The translations under genes were made by a program, and so were the position numbers. From a phage, in the NCBI GenBank assembly GCA_024875585.1, contig GCA_024875585.1_4107.1: DNA of 64,000 nucleotides. One strand, written 5' to 3'. Shown one piece after another: positions 1-9,275 of this stretch. How positions within the stretch are numbered: the stretch's first letter is position 1; every line of letters starts with the position of its first letter. Under the pieces are notes generated by a model. The model saw only the letters and a list, made by a program, of their open reading frames with translations, made no database searches and had not been told where the DNA came from.

Positions 1-92
1 AATTGAATCATATAATGTACAAGAACTTGATGTGAACAGTATTAAGTAGTATAATAAATAATAATATATTATATGTTAAAGGAGGGCACACG

Positions 93-1334
93 ATGCCTAG
101 TGATTATAATAATGGTGATATGAAGCACAGAAATGGTGCAATTGTTCAACATTCAAAACGCAAGTCGGAGTACCGCCCTGCTGGAAACTATCATAGTGGT
201 AGAAAAATGAGTCGTAACCAAAGCACTGGTGCACAAGGTGTAGAAAATGCAAAGCCAGGTGAAGTAACAGATACTTCCAAAATGAATCAACATGAAAAAT
301 TAAAATACATGAATGCTTTGGGATTACTTAATGCTCATCAAAAAGAGCAACTAGCTGCAATGGATAAAGCACAAGAACGACCAGAAGCAGCAGAAGCCCC
401 CGCACAATCAAAAGCGACTAACCCTGTCAAAGAACTGTCTGATAAGTTAGGTAAGATCTTTGCAAATAAACCCCAACTTATTCAAGGTATTGTCAAAGAA
501 TTGCAATCTGTACCTAAAGAAGAATTAAAAGTCAAAGCACAAGCTGTTCTGGATGCAATGAAAGGAAACACCAGTACTGAACCAACCGAAGTATTCAGTA
601 CTATTATGCGTGCACTGGAAGGTAAACAACAAGGTGAAGAACGTGGTGATGAAGTAAGTCTTGAACGTGTTCTTAAAACATTTGATAGTATTGGGAAAGA
701 AGACCGTGTTAATGCACAACAGGTTAAAAATGTACTAGCAAAATTGGAAAACCGTCTAGAAGGTAAAGATGATAAGATTAAATTGGTATCCGATGCAGTT
801 GAAAATGCACTTAAATCTTATGTACAAGGTGAAAAGAGTCGTTTTGTAACTGCTATGGATGCTGCATTCAATACTATGAAAAAGTACGAAGCGGATCATG
901 GAGAGAAGGTAACACGAGATGGTTATTTGATGCGTGATGATGAAGAAGGTGCAGTGGAACAGAATGATGTTCATTCTGACGAAGATATTGATGACATGGA
1001 AGCAGAACTGTCACAGGACCGCCAAATGACTGAAAAATCTCACAATGAACTAAAGAAATTAATGCAGTGGGTTGCAGACGTAGGTGAAAAGGCGGGTGCT
1101 GACAAGAAGAGTATCAACCGAAACCTAAGTTGGATTAAAGATAAGGTTGGTAATAACGCTCGTAAACTACAAAAAGCATGGACTGATGTAGTGAATGGTG
1201 CAGTAGATATTGACGTTGAATCTGGTGAAGCATATGATTATGCATTGATTACACTTGATGATTCTTTTCGTGACTACGAAAAAGGAAACGTGACTCCTTG
1301 GGAAAAAGACATAATGAGCAAATACGGTAAATGA
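93..1334 (+). CDS. hypothetical highly charged protein (413 aa)
   Basis: long ORF; SD AAGGAGGG 7 nt before ATG; terminator hairpin follows stop. Confidence 0.7.
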   Translation: MPSDYNNGDMKHRNGAIVQHSKRKSEYRPAGNYHSGRKMSRNQSTGAQGVENAKPGEVTDTSKMNQHEKLKYMNALGLLNAHQKEQLAAMDKAQERPEAAEAPAQSKATNPVKELSDKLGKIFANKPQLIQGIVKELQSVPKEELKVKAQAVLDAMKGNTSTEPTEVFSTIMRALEGKQQGEERGDEVSLERVLKTFDSIGKEDRVNAQQVKNVLAKLENRLEGKDDKIKLVSDAVENALKSYVQGEKSRFVTAMDAAFNTMKKYEADHGEKVTRDGYLMRDDEEGAVEQNDVHSDEDIDDMEAELSQDRQMTEKSHNELKKLMQWVADVGEKAGADKKSINRNLSWIKDKVGNNARKLQKAWTDVVNGAVDIDVESGEAYDYALITLDDSFRDYEKGNVTPWEKDIMSKYGK

Positions 1335-1343
1335 TAACAAAAA

Positions 1344-1367
1344 GGTTGACTTCGGTCAGCCTTTTTT
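1344..1367 (+). terminator. rho-independent terminator (GGTTGAC-UUCG-GTCAGCC hairpin + T6)
   Basis: stem with UUCG tetraloop then TTTTTT just after stop of 93..1334; stem contains TTGACT. Confidence 0.65.
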
Positions 1368-1375
1368 GTTATCAT
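1346..1375 (+). promoter_or_regulatory. candidate promoter with -35 TTGACT inside terminator stem, -10 TATCAT
   Basis: TTGACT-N18-TATCAT; same architecture repeated at other terminators. Confidence 0.35.
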
Positions 1376-1400
1376 AGCTTTCCTAACTACAAAGGATGAC

Positions 1401-2045
1401 GTGATGACTAAGCAAGAAATATTCAAAACATTAATTGACATTTTACGTTCATCTAAAACTCGTTGTGCAATGGAGTTTGATATTCCTTACGCTGAACGAG
1501 TCATCTTTCCACAAGTAAAAGAGGCAGGGCTTACTTTACTTGGTATGGGGATGTACTCTGTAGTAGTTGAACATAAAAACTATCCAGGTCGTGCATTTAA
1601 AGTAACCACGTCACGATGGGATGGTTTTCGTGCTTATGCAAAGTACTGTATTGATAACACAGGAACTAAGTTTCTTCCTGTAATATACAGTGCAAATGAA
1701 CAAGGAAACTTTGGATGGTATGAAATGGATAAGTACTACCCTATCATTAAACAAAAAAATAATTATGATGACTTTGTTAGTACTAAAATTGGAGATTTGT
1801 ATTCGTATGCACATGCTGGTCAGCACGTAACTTCAGTGAATGAACTGCGTGGAAATTCAGAAGAGATTGCAATTGCAACTGTTGTAGCTAACATAATGAA
1901 AGAGTTTCATGGTCGTTTTGTACCAGACATTCATTCCAGTAATGTAATGATGGATAAAGATGGAAATTTATTCATCACTGACCCTATTTCGTGTGATGTA
2001 CGTCGAGAAATACCAATCACTGAAGAAGACCCAATTTTTTATTGA
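1401..2045 (+). CDS. atypical protein kinase-like protein (214 aa)
   Basis: Gly-rich loop LGMGMYSVV, Lys in RAFKV, catalytic-loop-like DIHSSN, ITD (DFG-like); SD AAGGATGA. Confidence 0.45.
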   Translation: MMTKQEIFKTLIDILRSSKTRCAMEFDIPYAERVIFPQVKEAGLTLLGMGMYSVVVEHKNYPGRAFKVTTSRWDGFRAYAKYCIDNTGTKFLPVIYSANEQGNFGWYEMDKYYPIIKQKNNYDDFVSTKIGDLYSYAHAGQHVTSVNELRGNSEEIAIATVVANIMKEFHGRFVPDIHSSNVMMDKDGNLFITDPISCDVRREIPITEEDPIFY

Positions 2046-2108
2046 CAGAACTTGTGTTCTGGTGTATATTAAGTGAATTATAAACAAATTGTGACACAGG
2101 ATTAAATC

Positions 2109-2390
2109 ATGCGTTCATTTGAAAACTTAATAGGTAAACTTCTTTTATCTGAAATTAGTGAAGACGTTAAGGAATTATGCAAATCAAAAAGTTACATTCA
2201 TTTGGATGAACTGTTTGTTAAGTACGGAGAGATTAGTTTTAAATCATTATTTGTTTTTACTATGAAAGTACATAGTTTAAAGTACTTCGATTTAAGTTAT
2301 AAAAATGGTCAACCAAATCTATATCATATGTATTATCTCAAGAATATAGAAGAAGCTCATATCTTATTTTCTGAATATCTGAAGGTATAA
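2109..2390 (+). CDS. hypothetical protein (93 aa)
   Basis: ORF with ATG start, abuts next gene. Confidence 0.5.
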   Translation: MRSFENLIGKLLLSEISEDVKELCKSKSYIHLDELFVKYGEISFKSLFVFTMKVHSLKYFDLSYKNGQPNLYHMYYLKNIEEAHILFSEYLKV

Positions 2391-2391
2391 A

Positions 2392-2730
2392 ATGGAACAA
2401 TATTTTGAATTAGTTAATAAAGTGTCATTCTATGTAGTGTCATTGGTTTGGGTTTATTTCATGTTTTGCTACATTATTGCATTCTTCCGATATACTACTT
2501 TATATGAACGTATCTATTATGATGCACCAATATCATTCTTGGTGTTCTGTGCATGTACCTGGGGAATATTAGAAGTACTGATATGTGGATATAGTACTGA
2601 TGAATTAAATCTGGTATCGGTATTGACTGGGTTATCACTTGGTGTTATGATATCTTTCTTTCCAGTATGGTTGTTCTTTGAACTGATCCATCGCATTGAT
2701 GTATGGCGTTCTAATATCCCTGAAAAATAA
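2392..2730 (+). CDS. small multi-pass membrane protein, family M paralogue
   Basis: hydrophobic helices; C-terminal RSNIPEK tail shared with family M; SD GAAGG. Confidence 0.6.
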   Translation: MEQYFELVNKVSFYVVSLVWVYFMFCYIIAFFRYTTLYERIYYDAPISFLVFCACTWGILEVLICGYSTDELNLVSVLTGLSLGVMISFFPVWLFFELIHRIDVWRSNIPEK

Positions 2731-2739
2731 GGATTGATA

Positions 2740-3081
2740 ATGATTTATTACACTAACGTGTTTGCCTATGCTGTTGCTTGCATTTACATTGTTTACTTCT
2801 TATTTGGTGGAGTGCTTTGCTTCTTTAAGTACAAAACACTGTTTAATAGGATGTATCCAAATCATCCTATTGTAGTTGTACTTTTGATTCTTTCTCTTTC
2901 CCAAATAATCGTTGAAACTACATTGGGTATCAGTAGTGTACATTATAGTTTTGGCACTATAGTAATTATTACTATGCTTATTGCATACATTTTAGTACTT
3001 GGATATGGTATATTTGGTAATGTTGGAATGAAAATGTATCATCGAATTAAAACCTTACGTGATAATCTACCGGAGCGTTAA
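2740..3081 (+). CDS. small membrane protein, family M paralogue
   Basis: first ATG after SD AAGGATTGA (track start 2734 is TTG); C-terminal RDNLPER. Confidence 0.6.
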   Translation: MIYYTNVFAYAVACIYIVYFLFGGVLCFFKYKTLFNRMYPNHPIVVVLLILSLSQIIVETTLGISSVHYSFGTIVIITMLIAYILVLGYGIFGNVGMKMYHRIKTLRDNLPER

Positions 3082-3082
3082 G

Positions 3083-3427
3083 ATGTATAATTTAAACCTA
3101 ATCTCATATATTATAACAACCCTGTTTACATTTTATGTCTATGTTGGTATAATCCTACTGTACTTTAAATTTTATAAAGTGTTTAACCGTTTCTATCCTT
3201 CAATGGAGAATGAGTTCTTCTTTGTGTTGTACGTCTGCTACACGCTAATGGCTACTTGTTTCACTGTAGTTGATGGTATCATTGGTATTAAAGCAGATGG
3301 ACCAAATGGTAGTACGCTGGTTGCATTTATTCTTACCGGATTCTTGGCAACTTATATTACCTTCATTTCAACATGGTCAGTGGTTGAATTTCTCTTACGA
3401 CTACGAAAGAATATGCCGAATCGATAG
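3083..3427 (+). CDS. small membrane protein, family M paralogue
   Basis: ATG after SD GGAG, just past upstream stop (track start 3059 is GTG); C-terminal RKNMPNR. Confidence 0.6.
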   Translation: MYNLNLISYIITTLFTFYVYVGIILLYFKFYKVFNRFYPSMENEFFFVLYVCYTLMATCFTVVDGIIGIKADGPNGSTLVAFILTGFLATYITFISTWSVVEFLLRLRKNMPNR

Positions 3428-3436
3428 GAGACATAT

Positions 3437-3694
3437 ATGTTTGCATTGCGTAACAAAAACACTAAAGAATTATTATGTATTGATACAGTATGGGATTGTG
3501 CGGGTTCAACTACTGTTCTTGAAGAAGGTACTGGATATTGCGTGTTTGTTGTTCATGATAGGAATGAACTCGAATCATTGCTTGCTGAGTTTAATGCTGG
3601 TGGTAATCCTAACAGTACTAAATTCCCTGTGATTGTTAATCCAGCACCACCTGGTTCTTATGAAATTCTAACACTATGTGAGATGGATAAGTAA
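3437..3694 (+). CDS. hypothetical protein (85 aa)
   Basis: SD GGAGAC before ATG; TAATG junction with next gene. Confidence 0.55.
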   Translation: MFALRNKNTKELLCIDTVWDCAGSTTVLEEGTGYCVFVVHDRNELESLLAEFNAGGNPNSTKFPVIVNPAPPGSYEILTLCEMDK

Positions 3695-4074
3695 TGCGTC
3701 AAATGTACAAAGTGACCGAGCTAAACAAGCGTCTAGTTAAACAATCAATGTTCGAGGATAAAGAGTCTTATTATAACTTTAAACGTGCTGTAGAGGCTGC
3801 TATCCACATTCAGAAGCTTAAAGAACGTGGTTGTATTATTTTGGAAAATGGATCGGAAGTTGTATCGGATGACTTTAGTGTAGCGTTTGATGTTTCACCT
3901 GATGGGACGCTATCAATGCCCCGCTTAGGAACTGGAAACATGACTGTTTGGGTTGGCTTCACTATGGGTAATGTACCAGGCACAGTGTATGTAGATGATA
4001 TGGAGTTGAAAGAAAGCTTCAAAAACTTATCTTATCTTGAACCACAATACGCACATGAAATGAATTTATTTTGA
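3694..4074 (+). CDS. hypothetical protein (126 aa)
   Basis: ORF start overlaps upstream stop (TAATG). Confidence 0.55.
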   Translation: MRQMYKVTELNKRLVKQSMFEDKESYYNFKRAVEAAIHIQKLKERGCIILENGSEVVSDDFSVAFDVSPDGTLSMPRLGTGNMTVWVGFTMGNVPGTVYVDDMELKESFKNLSYLEPQYAHEMNLF

Positions 4075-4075
4075 G

Positions 4076-4103
4076 TTGACAAACACATTCAGTACTGTAT
4101 AAT
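4076..4103 (+). promoter_or_regulatory. sigma70-like promoter TTGACA-N16-TATAAT
   Basis: consensus -35/-10 hexamers; leader hairpin GGGATGA/TCATCCC at 4114..4132. Confidence 0.55.
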
Positions 4104-4150
4104 GCTTATCAAGGGGATGAACTTCTCATCCCTACAATCGAGGAACGACC

Positions 4151-4705
4151 ATGATTACTTTTAAGAAAACTGCTAACCACATCCATGAAATCTACATTAA
4201 CGGTCACAAAGCTGGCCTTCTTCGTTTACTCAGCCATCATCCTGATGTTATTGTATCTGATAATGAACCCAAAGATTGGCGTGTCTTTTTCTTTGGGAAG
4301 TACAGTGATTTTCAAGTATCAAATCTGAAGAACATTCGTTCAGTATGCACGTTAACTGAAATTAAAGAAAAGTTAGTAAAAGCATTGAAAACTAATCCAG
4401 ATGCAGTTCTTCCACCAGATAACTTTGTAGAGAAAGGTTATGCCTTAGCTCATTTCAAAGATGGCACTATTCAATCTATCAGCACTGCATATGAATATCA
4501 ATGGACTGAGTACTTCACTTATGGCTCCCGTGAAACTTTGATGGCTTCACGTAGTGAATTGGAAGAAGTAATAACTATTATAAATGAACGTGAACGTCAT
4601 TTATATGATAAACCTGAAATGTGGAGTTCAAATTACATTGACCGTATTGACTATGTTATTATGACTCCAATCTTTGACACTGCTTACTATGATTCTTTGA
4701 AATAA
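4151..4705 (+). CDS. hypothetical protein (184 aa)
   Basis: ORF downstream of promoter 4076..4103; SD GAGGAA. Confidence 0.65.
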   Translation: MITFKKTANHIHEIYINGHKAGLLRLLSHHPDVIVSDNEPKDWRVFFFGKYSDFQVSNLKNIRSVCTLTEIKEKLVKALKTNPDAVLPPDNFVEKGYALAHFKDGTIQSISTAYEYQWTEYFTYGSRETLMASRSELEEVITIINERERHLYDKPEMWSSNYIDRIDYVIMTPIFDTAYYDSLK

Positions 4706-4716
4706 GGATAACTTAT

Positions 4717-4893
4717 ATGAAACTACGTACTCGTAATCGTTTGATGGATGCACTGTACCACGAACAATGTACAATGAATGATGTAAAGCGTCAGTTAATG
4801 TATACATATCAGTTACCAGCCCGTGCTGCGAAACAACGTTCCAAAGAATTACTGAAAGAAGCTATCGAGTACTGGGAATCTGATTCGTACTAA
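4717..4893 (+). CDS. small hypothetical protein (58 aa)
   Basis: ORF below track cutoff; SD AAGGATA 7 nt upstream. Confidence 0.4.
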   Translation: MKLRTRNRLMDALYHEQCTMNDVKRQLMYTYQLPARAAKQRSKELLKEAIEYWESDSY

Positions 4894-4932
4894 TATTACG
4901 TGATATGTCACGTTAATTAAGTGAGACTATAA

Positions 4933-5193
4933 ATGAAAATTTTATTAGTTCTAATACTACTAATACTACTAATTGTTTTACCATTTACTTTAGTATCTCC
5001 TGAACTTGCATGGAATGTGTTTGTGTACTTAGTATGTACTATTGCGGTAAATGGTATCTTGTTCTTAGTTCTATTCATAAATGGAATAGGACACGGGGGT
5101 GGGTGGACCAGTACTGCTGATATTGTACATAAAACCACTATGTCTTTATTTGTAGTGTGGAATTTATTCTGGACTTGGTTTGTGTTCTTCTAA
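4933..5193 (+). CDS. small hydrophobic membrane protein (86 aa)
   Basis: two long hydrophobic segments; SD GAGACT. Confidence 0.55.
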   Translation: MKILLVLILLILLIVLPFTLVSPELAWNVFVYLVCTIAVNGILFLVLFINGIGHGGGWTSTADIVHKTTMSLFVVWNLFWTWFVFF

Positions 5194-5577
5194 ATGAAAA
5201 AAAATATGAATATAGATTTGAAAGGTGCAACCAGAACTGTTATCCTCATTGGTGAATACGCTATCAAGATTCCAACCTTCAAAAGCTGGAAGTTATTCTT
5301 AACGGGAATGATAGCTAACCTAAATGAACGTTCGTGGATGCAGTACTCCAATCGTAGTGACAGTAGTATCTGTCCTACGTTGTGGTCATCATGTACTGGA
5401 CTAATAACTGTACAGAAACGTTGTAAGCCAGTACAACATAGGGGTTTATTTTGGGTGGAGTTGTGTGCTTTAGCATTGAATTCTGAGTTAAGTATTGACT
5501 TCTTCTATTCAGATGCGAAGCCAGAAAACTTTGGGTATCTGGGTGGTAAGTTAGTTAAACTTGATTATGGAGATTAA
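5194..5577 (+). CDS. minimal protein kinase-like protein (127 aa)
   Basis: Lys in EYAIKIP, catalytic-loop-like DAKPEN, KLDYG (DFG-like); ends right after DYGD. Confidence 0.4.
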   Translation: MKKNMNIDLKGATRTVILIGEYAIKIPTFKSWKLFLTGMIANLNERSWMQYSNRSDSSICPTLWSSCTGLITVQKRCKPVQHRGLFWVELCALALNSELSIDFFYSDAKPENFGYLGGKLVKLDYGD

Positions 5578-5578
5578 T

Positions 5579-5848
5579 ATGTACGCATTGTATAATAAAG
5601 AAAAGAAACAATTTGCTAAGGTTGAAATTTCGATTGATACATTTGATATGTTGGAGTACTGTATTGTAACGGACCCATGTGCTAACTTGTATTACGTTCA
5701 TGATGACGTATCAGTACTGCAACGATTGCTTGAGAGTTCAAAAAGTCAATGTCAGGGAATCCATGATGGTTCATCCTATGAAACTCCTGAGTGTTCATAT
5801 GGCTGTCTGGATGGATATGAGATTGTTAAGTTAGGGATCGTTGAATAA
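5579..5848 (+). CDS. hypothetical protein (89 aa)
   Basis: ATG after SD GGAG (track start 5561 is TTG); followed by terminator. Confidence 0.5.
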   Translation: MYALYNKEKKQFAKVEISIDTFDMLEYCIVTDPCANLYYVHDDVSVLQRLLESSKSQCQGIHDGSSYETPECSYGCLDGYEIVKLGIVE

Positions 5849-5854
5849 AGAAAA

Positions 5855-5880
5855 GGGTTGACTTTAGTCAGCCCTTTTTT
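5855..5880 (+). terminator. rho-independent terminator (GGGTTGAC-UUUA-GTCAGCCC + T6)
   Basis: 8 bp stem, T-tract; contains TTGACT. Confidence 0.65.
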
Positions 5881-5887
5881 CTATAAT
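5858..5887 (+). promoter_or_regulatory. candidate promoter TTGACT-N18-TATAAT embedded in terminator
   Basis: -35 inside hairpin, perfect TATAAT at 5882..5887. Confidence 0.45.
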
Positions 5888-5915
5888 CATTTCATCGGAA
5901 CGGAAGGATGTTGAA

Positions 5916-6398
5916 ATGAACTATTTAGATTTAATTAATACGTATGTCATCAGCCCATATCTTAACGATGAAAGTATCAAATGTGTAGTATCTGTTGATA
6001 ATCATCCAAATGGTGCATTAGAACTATTCGGTGCAGGACAGATTAACAATCGTTGTGGGTATACTTTTGAGTACTTACCAGAAAGAGATGTATTTGGTTG
6101 TTATGACCACAAAATCAAAAAAGGTGCTATATGGGGTAATCACAAAGATATTGCACAATCTTCACTTTTCGAAGATCATAATGGATATATGTGGCGTTCT
6201 CTTGGTGCAGTCCTACTTGATATCGCCCGTAGATATAAAAAGCGTATAACTCTTACTTATACACATACAGTTGAATATAAAAATGAAGTACAAGTAGAAG
6301 ATGAAGAATTTTTTAAAAGTATCCCGTACATTGAATTCAACTTCCAAAACGGGTATGCTATATATCCTGATGATTTTATTGGTGAAAAATATTTTTAA
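5916..6398 (+). CDS. hypothetical protein (160 aa)
   Basis: SD GGAAGGATG; ORF after terminator/promoter cassette. Confidence 0.65.
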   Translation: MNYLDLINTYVISPYLNDESIKCVVSVDNHPNGALELFGAGQINNRCGYTFEYLPERDVFGCYDHKIKKGAIWGNHKDIAQSSLFEDHNGYMWRSLGAVLLDIARRYKKRITLTYTHTVEYKNEVQVEDEEFFKSIPYIEFNFQNGYAIYPDDFIGEKYF

Positions 6399-6405
6399 AA
6401 AATAT

Positions 6406-6433
6406 TTGAAAAGAAAAGAATAAGTGCTATAAT
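6406..6433 (+). promoter_or_regulatory. candidate promoter TTGAAA-N16-TATAAT
   Basis: hexamers upstream of 6490 gene. Confidence 0.4.
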
Positions 6434-6489
6434 TATTACATCAAGACAACAAACACTAACATGTAAACGCTACTAATTAGGAGACACAC

Positions 6490-6900
6490 ATGATTAACAA
6501 ACATTTCGCAGTTTCTAAAACAGTAACCATCGATAACGAATGGGAAATTACTATTCTTAATGATCCTGCTCGTGGGTTGCTTGCAGAGAATCTTGTACAG
6601 AAATACATCGACTGTAAGTCTGAATTGATTATTCACGACCGTACCAAATTTCTTCTCATCAATGGCAAGAAGTGTAAAGTATTAGTATTCACGGATAAAA
6701 TGAGCCGTGCAGACATTATCACCAAATTGGTAAGTTCTTCACGTCACCGCCCAGGAGTTAACAAATCTATCGAAGAAGTTAAAGATATGAAGCCTGGTGA
6801 TTTATTCATTATTGCGGGTTTTGATTCTAAAACAAGAGAAATGTACATTTCAGAAATGTACACTAATGCTGAAATGCGTAACAAATTCTTCTCTAACTAA
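6490..6900 (+). CDS. hypothetical protein (136 aa)
   Basis: SD AGGAGA before ATG. Confidence 0.65.
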   Translation: MINKHFAVSKTVTIDNEWEITILNDPARGLLAENLVQKYIDCKSELIIHDRTKFLLINGKKCKVLVFTDKMSRADIITKLVSSSRHRPGVNKSIEEVKDMKPGDLFIIAGFDSKTREMYISEMYTNAEMRNKFFSN

Positions 6901-6931
6901 TCAACCTAATTATGTATTATACAAATCTATA

Positions 6932-8149
6932 ATGGATAAAAATATGATCTTCGAAACAGAAAAAACTTTACTTGAAACTTATACTTTAGAAAATCTTGTA
7001 CAACTTAATCTGGCCCGTCCTGATATTCAACGAAACTGGCAATGGAAAAGTAATAATCAAAATAATCTTATAATTTCTATTCTAAAGAATTCACCAATTG
7101 GACAATTTTTGGTATGGAATGAAACTTCTTCAAATACAATGTACATTACTGATGGACGCCATCGTTATACTGTAATTTCAAACTTCATTAATAATAAGTT
7201 CCCAGTAACAGTTAAAACCGAAAGTGGAACCAAAGATTATTATTATGGTTCTGACGATCCAATCGAAGAAGAAAACATTTCACTAAAACTTGGTGGTAAA
7301 AGTAAGACTTGGAATTTCTTATCAAAAGAAGAGCGTAATGCTTTTCGCAATAAAGAAGTATCAGTAACATTTGTTCATACAGATGATGCTGAGAAGATTT
7401 CTGAAATGTTTATGGCTATCAACACTGCTTCATCTAATTTGTGTAAAGTAGACTTGCTGGTATGCAAGCACCACAAAAATGCATACATGAAACGTATTGA
7501 TAAACTATTTTCAATTGAGATTGAAAAAGATGACCAAATGGCAGTTCTAGTTAGCGATTTCTATCGTGCAATCGGACACTGTAATGTCAACGGTAATTAC
7601 GAGAAACATTTAGCTAAACTTAAAGCTAACCCAAAAGTTCAGAAGCGTGAATTTTTTGAGATGTATTTTATGGTACGAGCCTTCACCAAATTGTGTCGTG
7701 ATGCTTTAAACGATACATTGAATTCATATCGTATGCCTAAGATGAATAAACAAATTGAAGATGCTATTATTAGTACTGAATCACTGAGTGAACAGCAAGC
7801 TAACGCCGATTTTGTTCAGTTCGTGAATGCAGTTCGTGAGATGAACCTTGTATCTCCAATAAAAGATTTACAAAAGTTTCAATTCATCCACGAAGATATG
7901 AAGAATACCTTTAACAAGCGTCTTTTTTGTATCTTAATGGGATTATATTATGCTTACGGTACACGTTTACCATTGCATTTTCGTGATGTTTGGTGTGCCA
8001 TTTATAATGAAATGTCAGAAAAAAGTACTGAACTACCAACAAACGGGACTGATAGTTCTTCTGCTATTGTAGCTGGTATCCAATTGATTGAACCGTACTT
8101 TAGTTCAGCCTTTAATAATATTTCATTGAGTGCTCGCGTGGGAAAGTGA
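6932..8149 (+). CDS. DUF262 / ParB-like nuclease-domain protein (GmrSD N-terminal-like)
   Basis: motifs RPDIQRNWQW, SPIGQFLVW, ITDGRHRY (DGQQR-type); start uncertain (first ATG after upstream stop; track start 6797 overlaps previous gene). Confidence 0.6.
   Translation: MDKNMIFETEKTLLETYTLENLVQLNLARPDIQRNWQWKSNNQNNLIISILKNSPIGQFLVWNETSSNTMYITDGRHRYTVISNFINNKFPVTVKTESGTKDYYYGSDDPIEEENISLKLGGKSKTWNFLSKEERNAFRNKEVSVTFVHTDDAEKISEMFMAINTASSNLCKVDLLVCKHHKNAYMKRIDKLFSIEIEKDDQMAVLVSDFYRAIGHCNVNGNYEKHLAKLKANPKVQKREFFEMYFMVRAFTKLCRDALNDTLNSYRMPKMNKQIEDAIISTESLSEQQANADFVQFVNAVREMNLVSPIKDLQKFQFIHEDMKNTFNKRLFCILMGLYYAYGTRLPLHFRDVWCAIYNEMSEKSTELPTNGTDSSSAIVAGIQLIEPYFSSAFNNISLSARVGK
8140..8146 (+). other. 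candidate -1 ribosomal frameshift heptamer G_GGA_AAG
   Basis: X_XXY_YYZ pattern one codon before DUF262 stop; -1 slip enters HNH frame. Confidence 0.3.
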
Positions 8150-8358
8150 AAAATCGTGGAATACTAAATATTTCACAAAAACAATATATTTTGAAAAAAT
8201 ATCCCGTTTGTTATCTTTGTAAACAATTTATATTAGATACAGATAAACCACACTTTGATCATGTACAGTCATTGAAAAATGGTGGTAGTAATGACCTAGA
8301 AAATATTAGACCAACGCACCCCATTTGTAATTTACGCAAAGGTGCTAAAAGTATGTAG
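8146..8358 (+). CDS. HNH endonuclease motif ORF (70 aa, no ATG start)
   Basis: CYLC...HFDHV...GGSNDLEN...HPICN; GTG at 8146 overlaps upstream TGA. Confidence 0.5.
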   Translation: MKNRGILNISQKQYILKKYPVCYLCKQFILDTDKPHFDHVQSLKNGGSNDLENIRPTHPICNLRKGAKSM

Positions 8359-8407
8359 AATAAAGACTCCCATTGACTGGGAGTCTTGTTATATTAAAAG
8401 GATTTAT

Positions 8408-9244
8408 ATGAGTATTAAAAATAAATTAGATCAGTATTATACAAAACCAGAGTATGCTGTAGATTGTTATACTAAATCATTAGAATTAATTTCTGAACGT
8501 ATGGATATTAGTTCATCGTATTTTATGGAACCATGTGTCGGTACTGGTTCATTTTATCTACAATTTCCTGAAGAACGTCGTTTTGGTTGTGATATCGAAC
8601 CAGTACATCTTGATGAAAATGTTATACATTCTGATTTTTTGCTTGAGTTCGGGATTAATGCAAGAAGTAAAGGTGAGCCAATAATTGTTATAAGTAATCC
8701 ACCATTTGGTAAGATTTCTTCTTTGGCTATCAAATTCTTTAATAAATGTGCATCTATGCCTGAAGTGAAATATATTTGTTTTATTGTACCTAAGACATTC
8801 CGTAAAGTTGCAACACAGAATAAACTAAACGAGATGTTCCATCTTGTTCTTGATGAAGATTCACCACATGATGCTTTTATTCTGCATGGCGAACCGCATC
8901 ATGTACCATGTGTATTTCAGATATGGGAGCGTAGAGATGAAGTTCGTGAACAACACGAAATTAAAAATAAATCAAACTACTTCCAGTTTTGTACTAAGGA
9001 TGAAGCGGATATTTACATTAAGCGTGTAGGAACTAAAGCTGGTGAGTATGCTGCACCTGGTAAAGAACACAAAGATGCAAGTATGTACTACATTAAAACT
9101 GATTATGTTGATGAAATTATTAGAATTTTGCAAAGTGAAGACTACATTGACGAGATTAAACGTATACGCAAAACCACCGCTGGTGTATTCTGTGTATCTA
9201 AATCTGAACTTGTACTGAACATTGAAAAACGTTTGAATTTTTAA
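8408..9244 (+). CDS. N6-adenine DNA methyltransferase (gamma-type motif order)
   Basis: DQYYTKPEYA (motif X), EPCVGTGSF (motif I), ISNPPFG (motif IV); SD AAAGGATT; track start 8342 is GTG. Confidence 0.65.
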   Translation: MSIKNKLDQYYTKPEYAVDCYTKSLELISERMDISSSYFMEPCVGTGSFYLQFPEERRFGCDIEPVHLDENVIHSDFLLEFGINARSKGEPIIVISNPPFGKISSLAIKFFNKCASMPEVKYICFIVPKTFRKVATQNKLNEMFHLVLDEDSPHDAFILHGEPHHVPCVFQIWERRDEVREQHEIKNKSNYFQFCTKDEADIYIKRVGTKAGEYAAPGKEHKDASMYYIKTDYVDEIIRILQSEDYIDEIKRIRKTTAGVFCVSKSELVLNIEKRLNF

Positions 9245-9250
9245 AATACA

Positions 9251-9275
9251 GGGTTGACTTAGGTCAGCCCTTTTT
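9251..9275 (+). terminator. rho-independent terminator (GGGTTGAC-UUAG-GTCAGCCC + T5)
   Basis: hairpin + T-tract after MTase stop. Confidence 0.65.
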
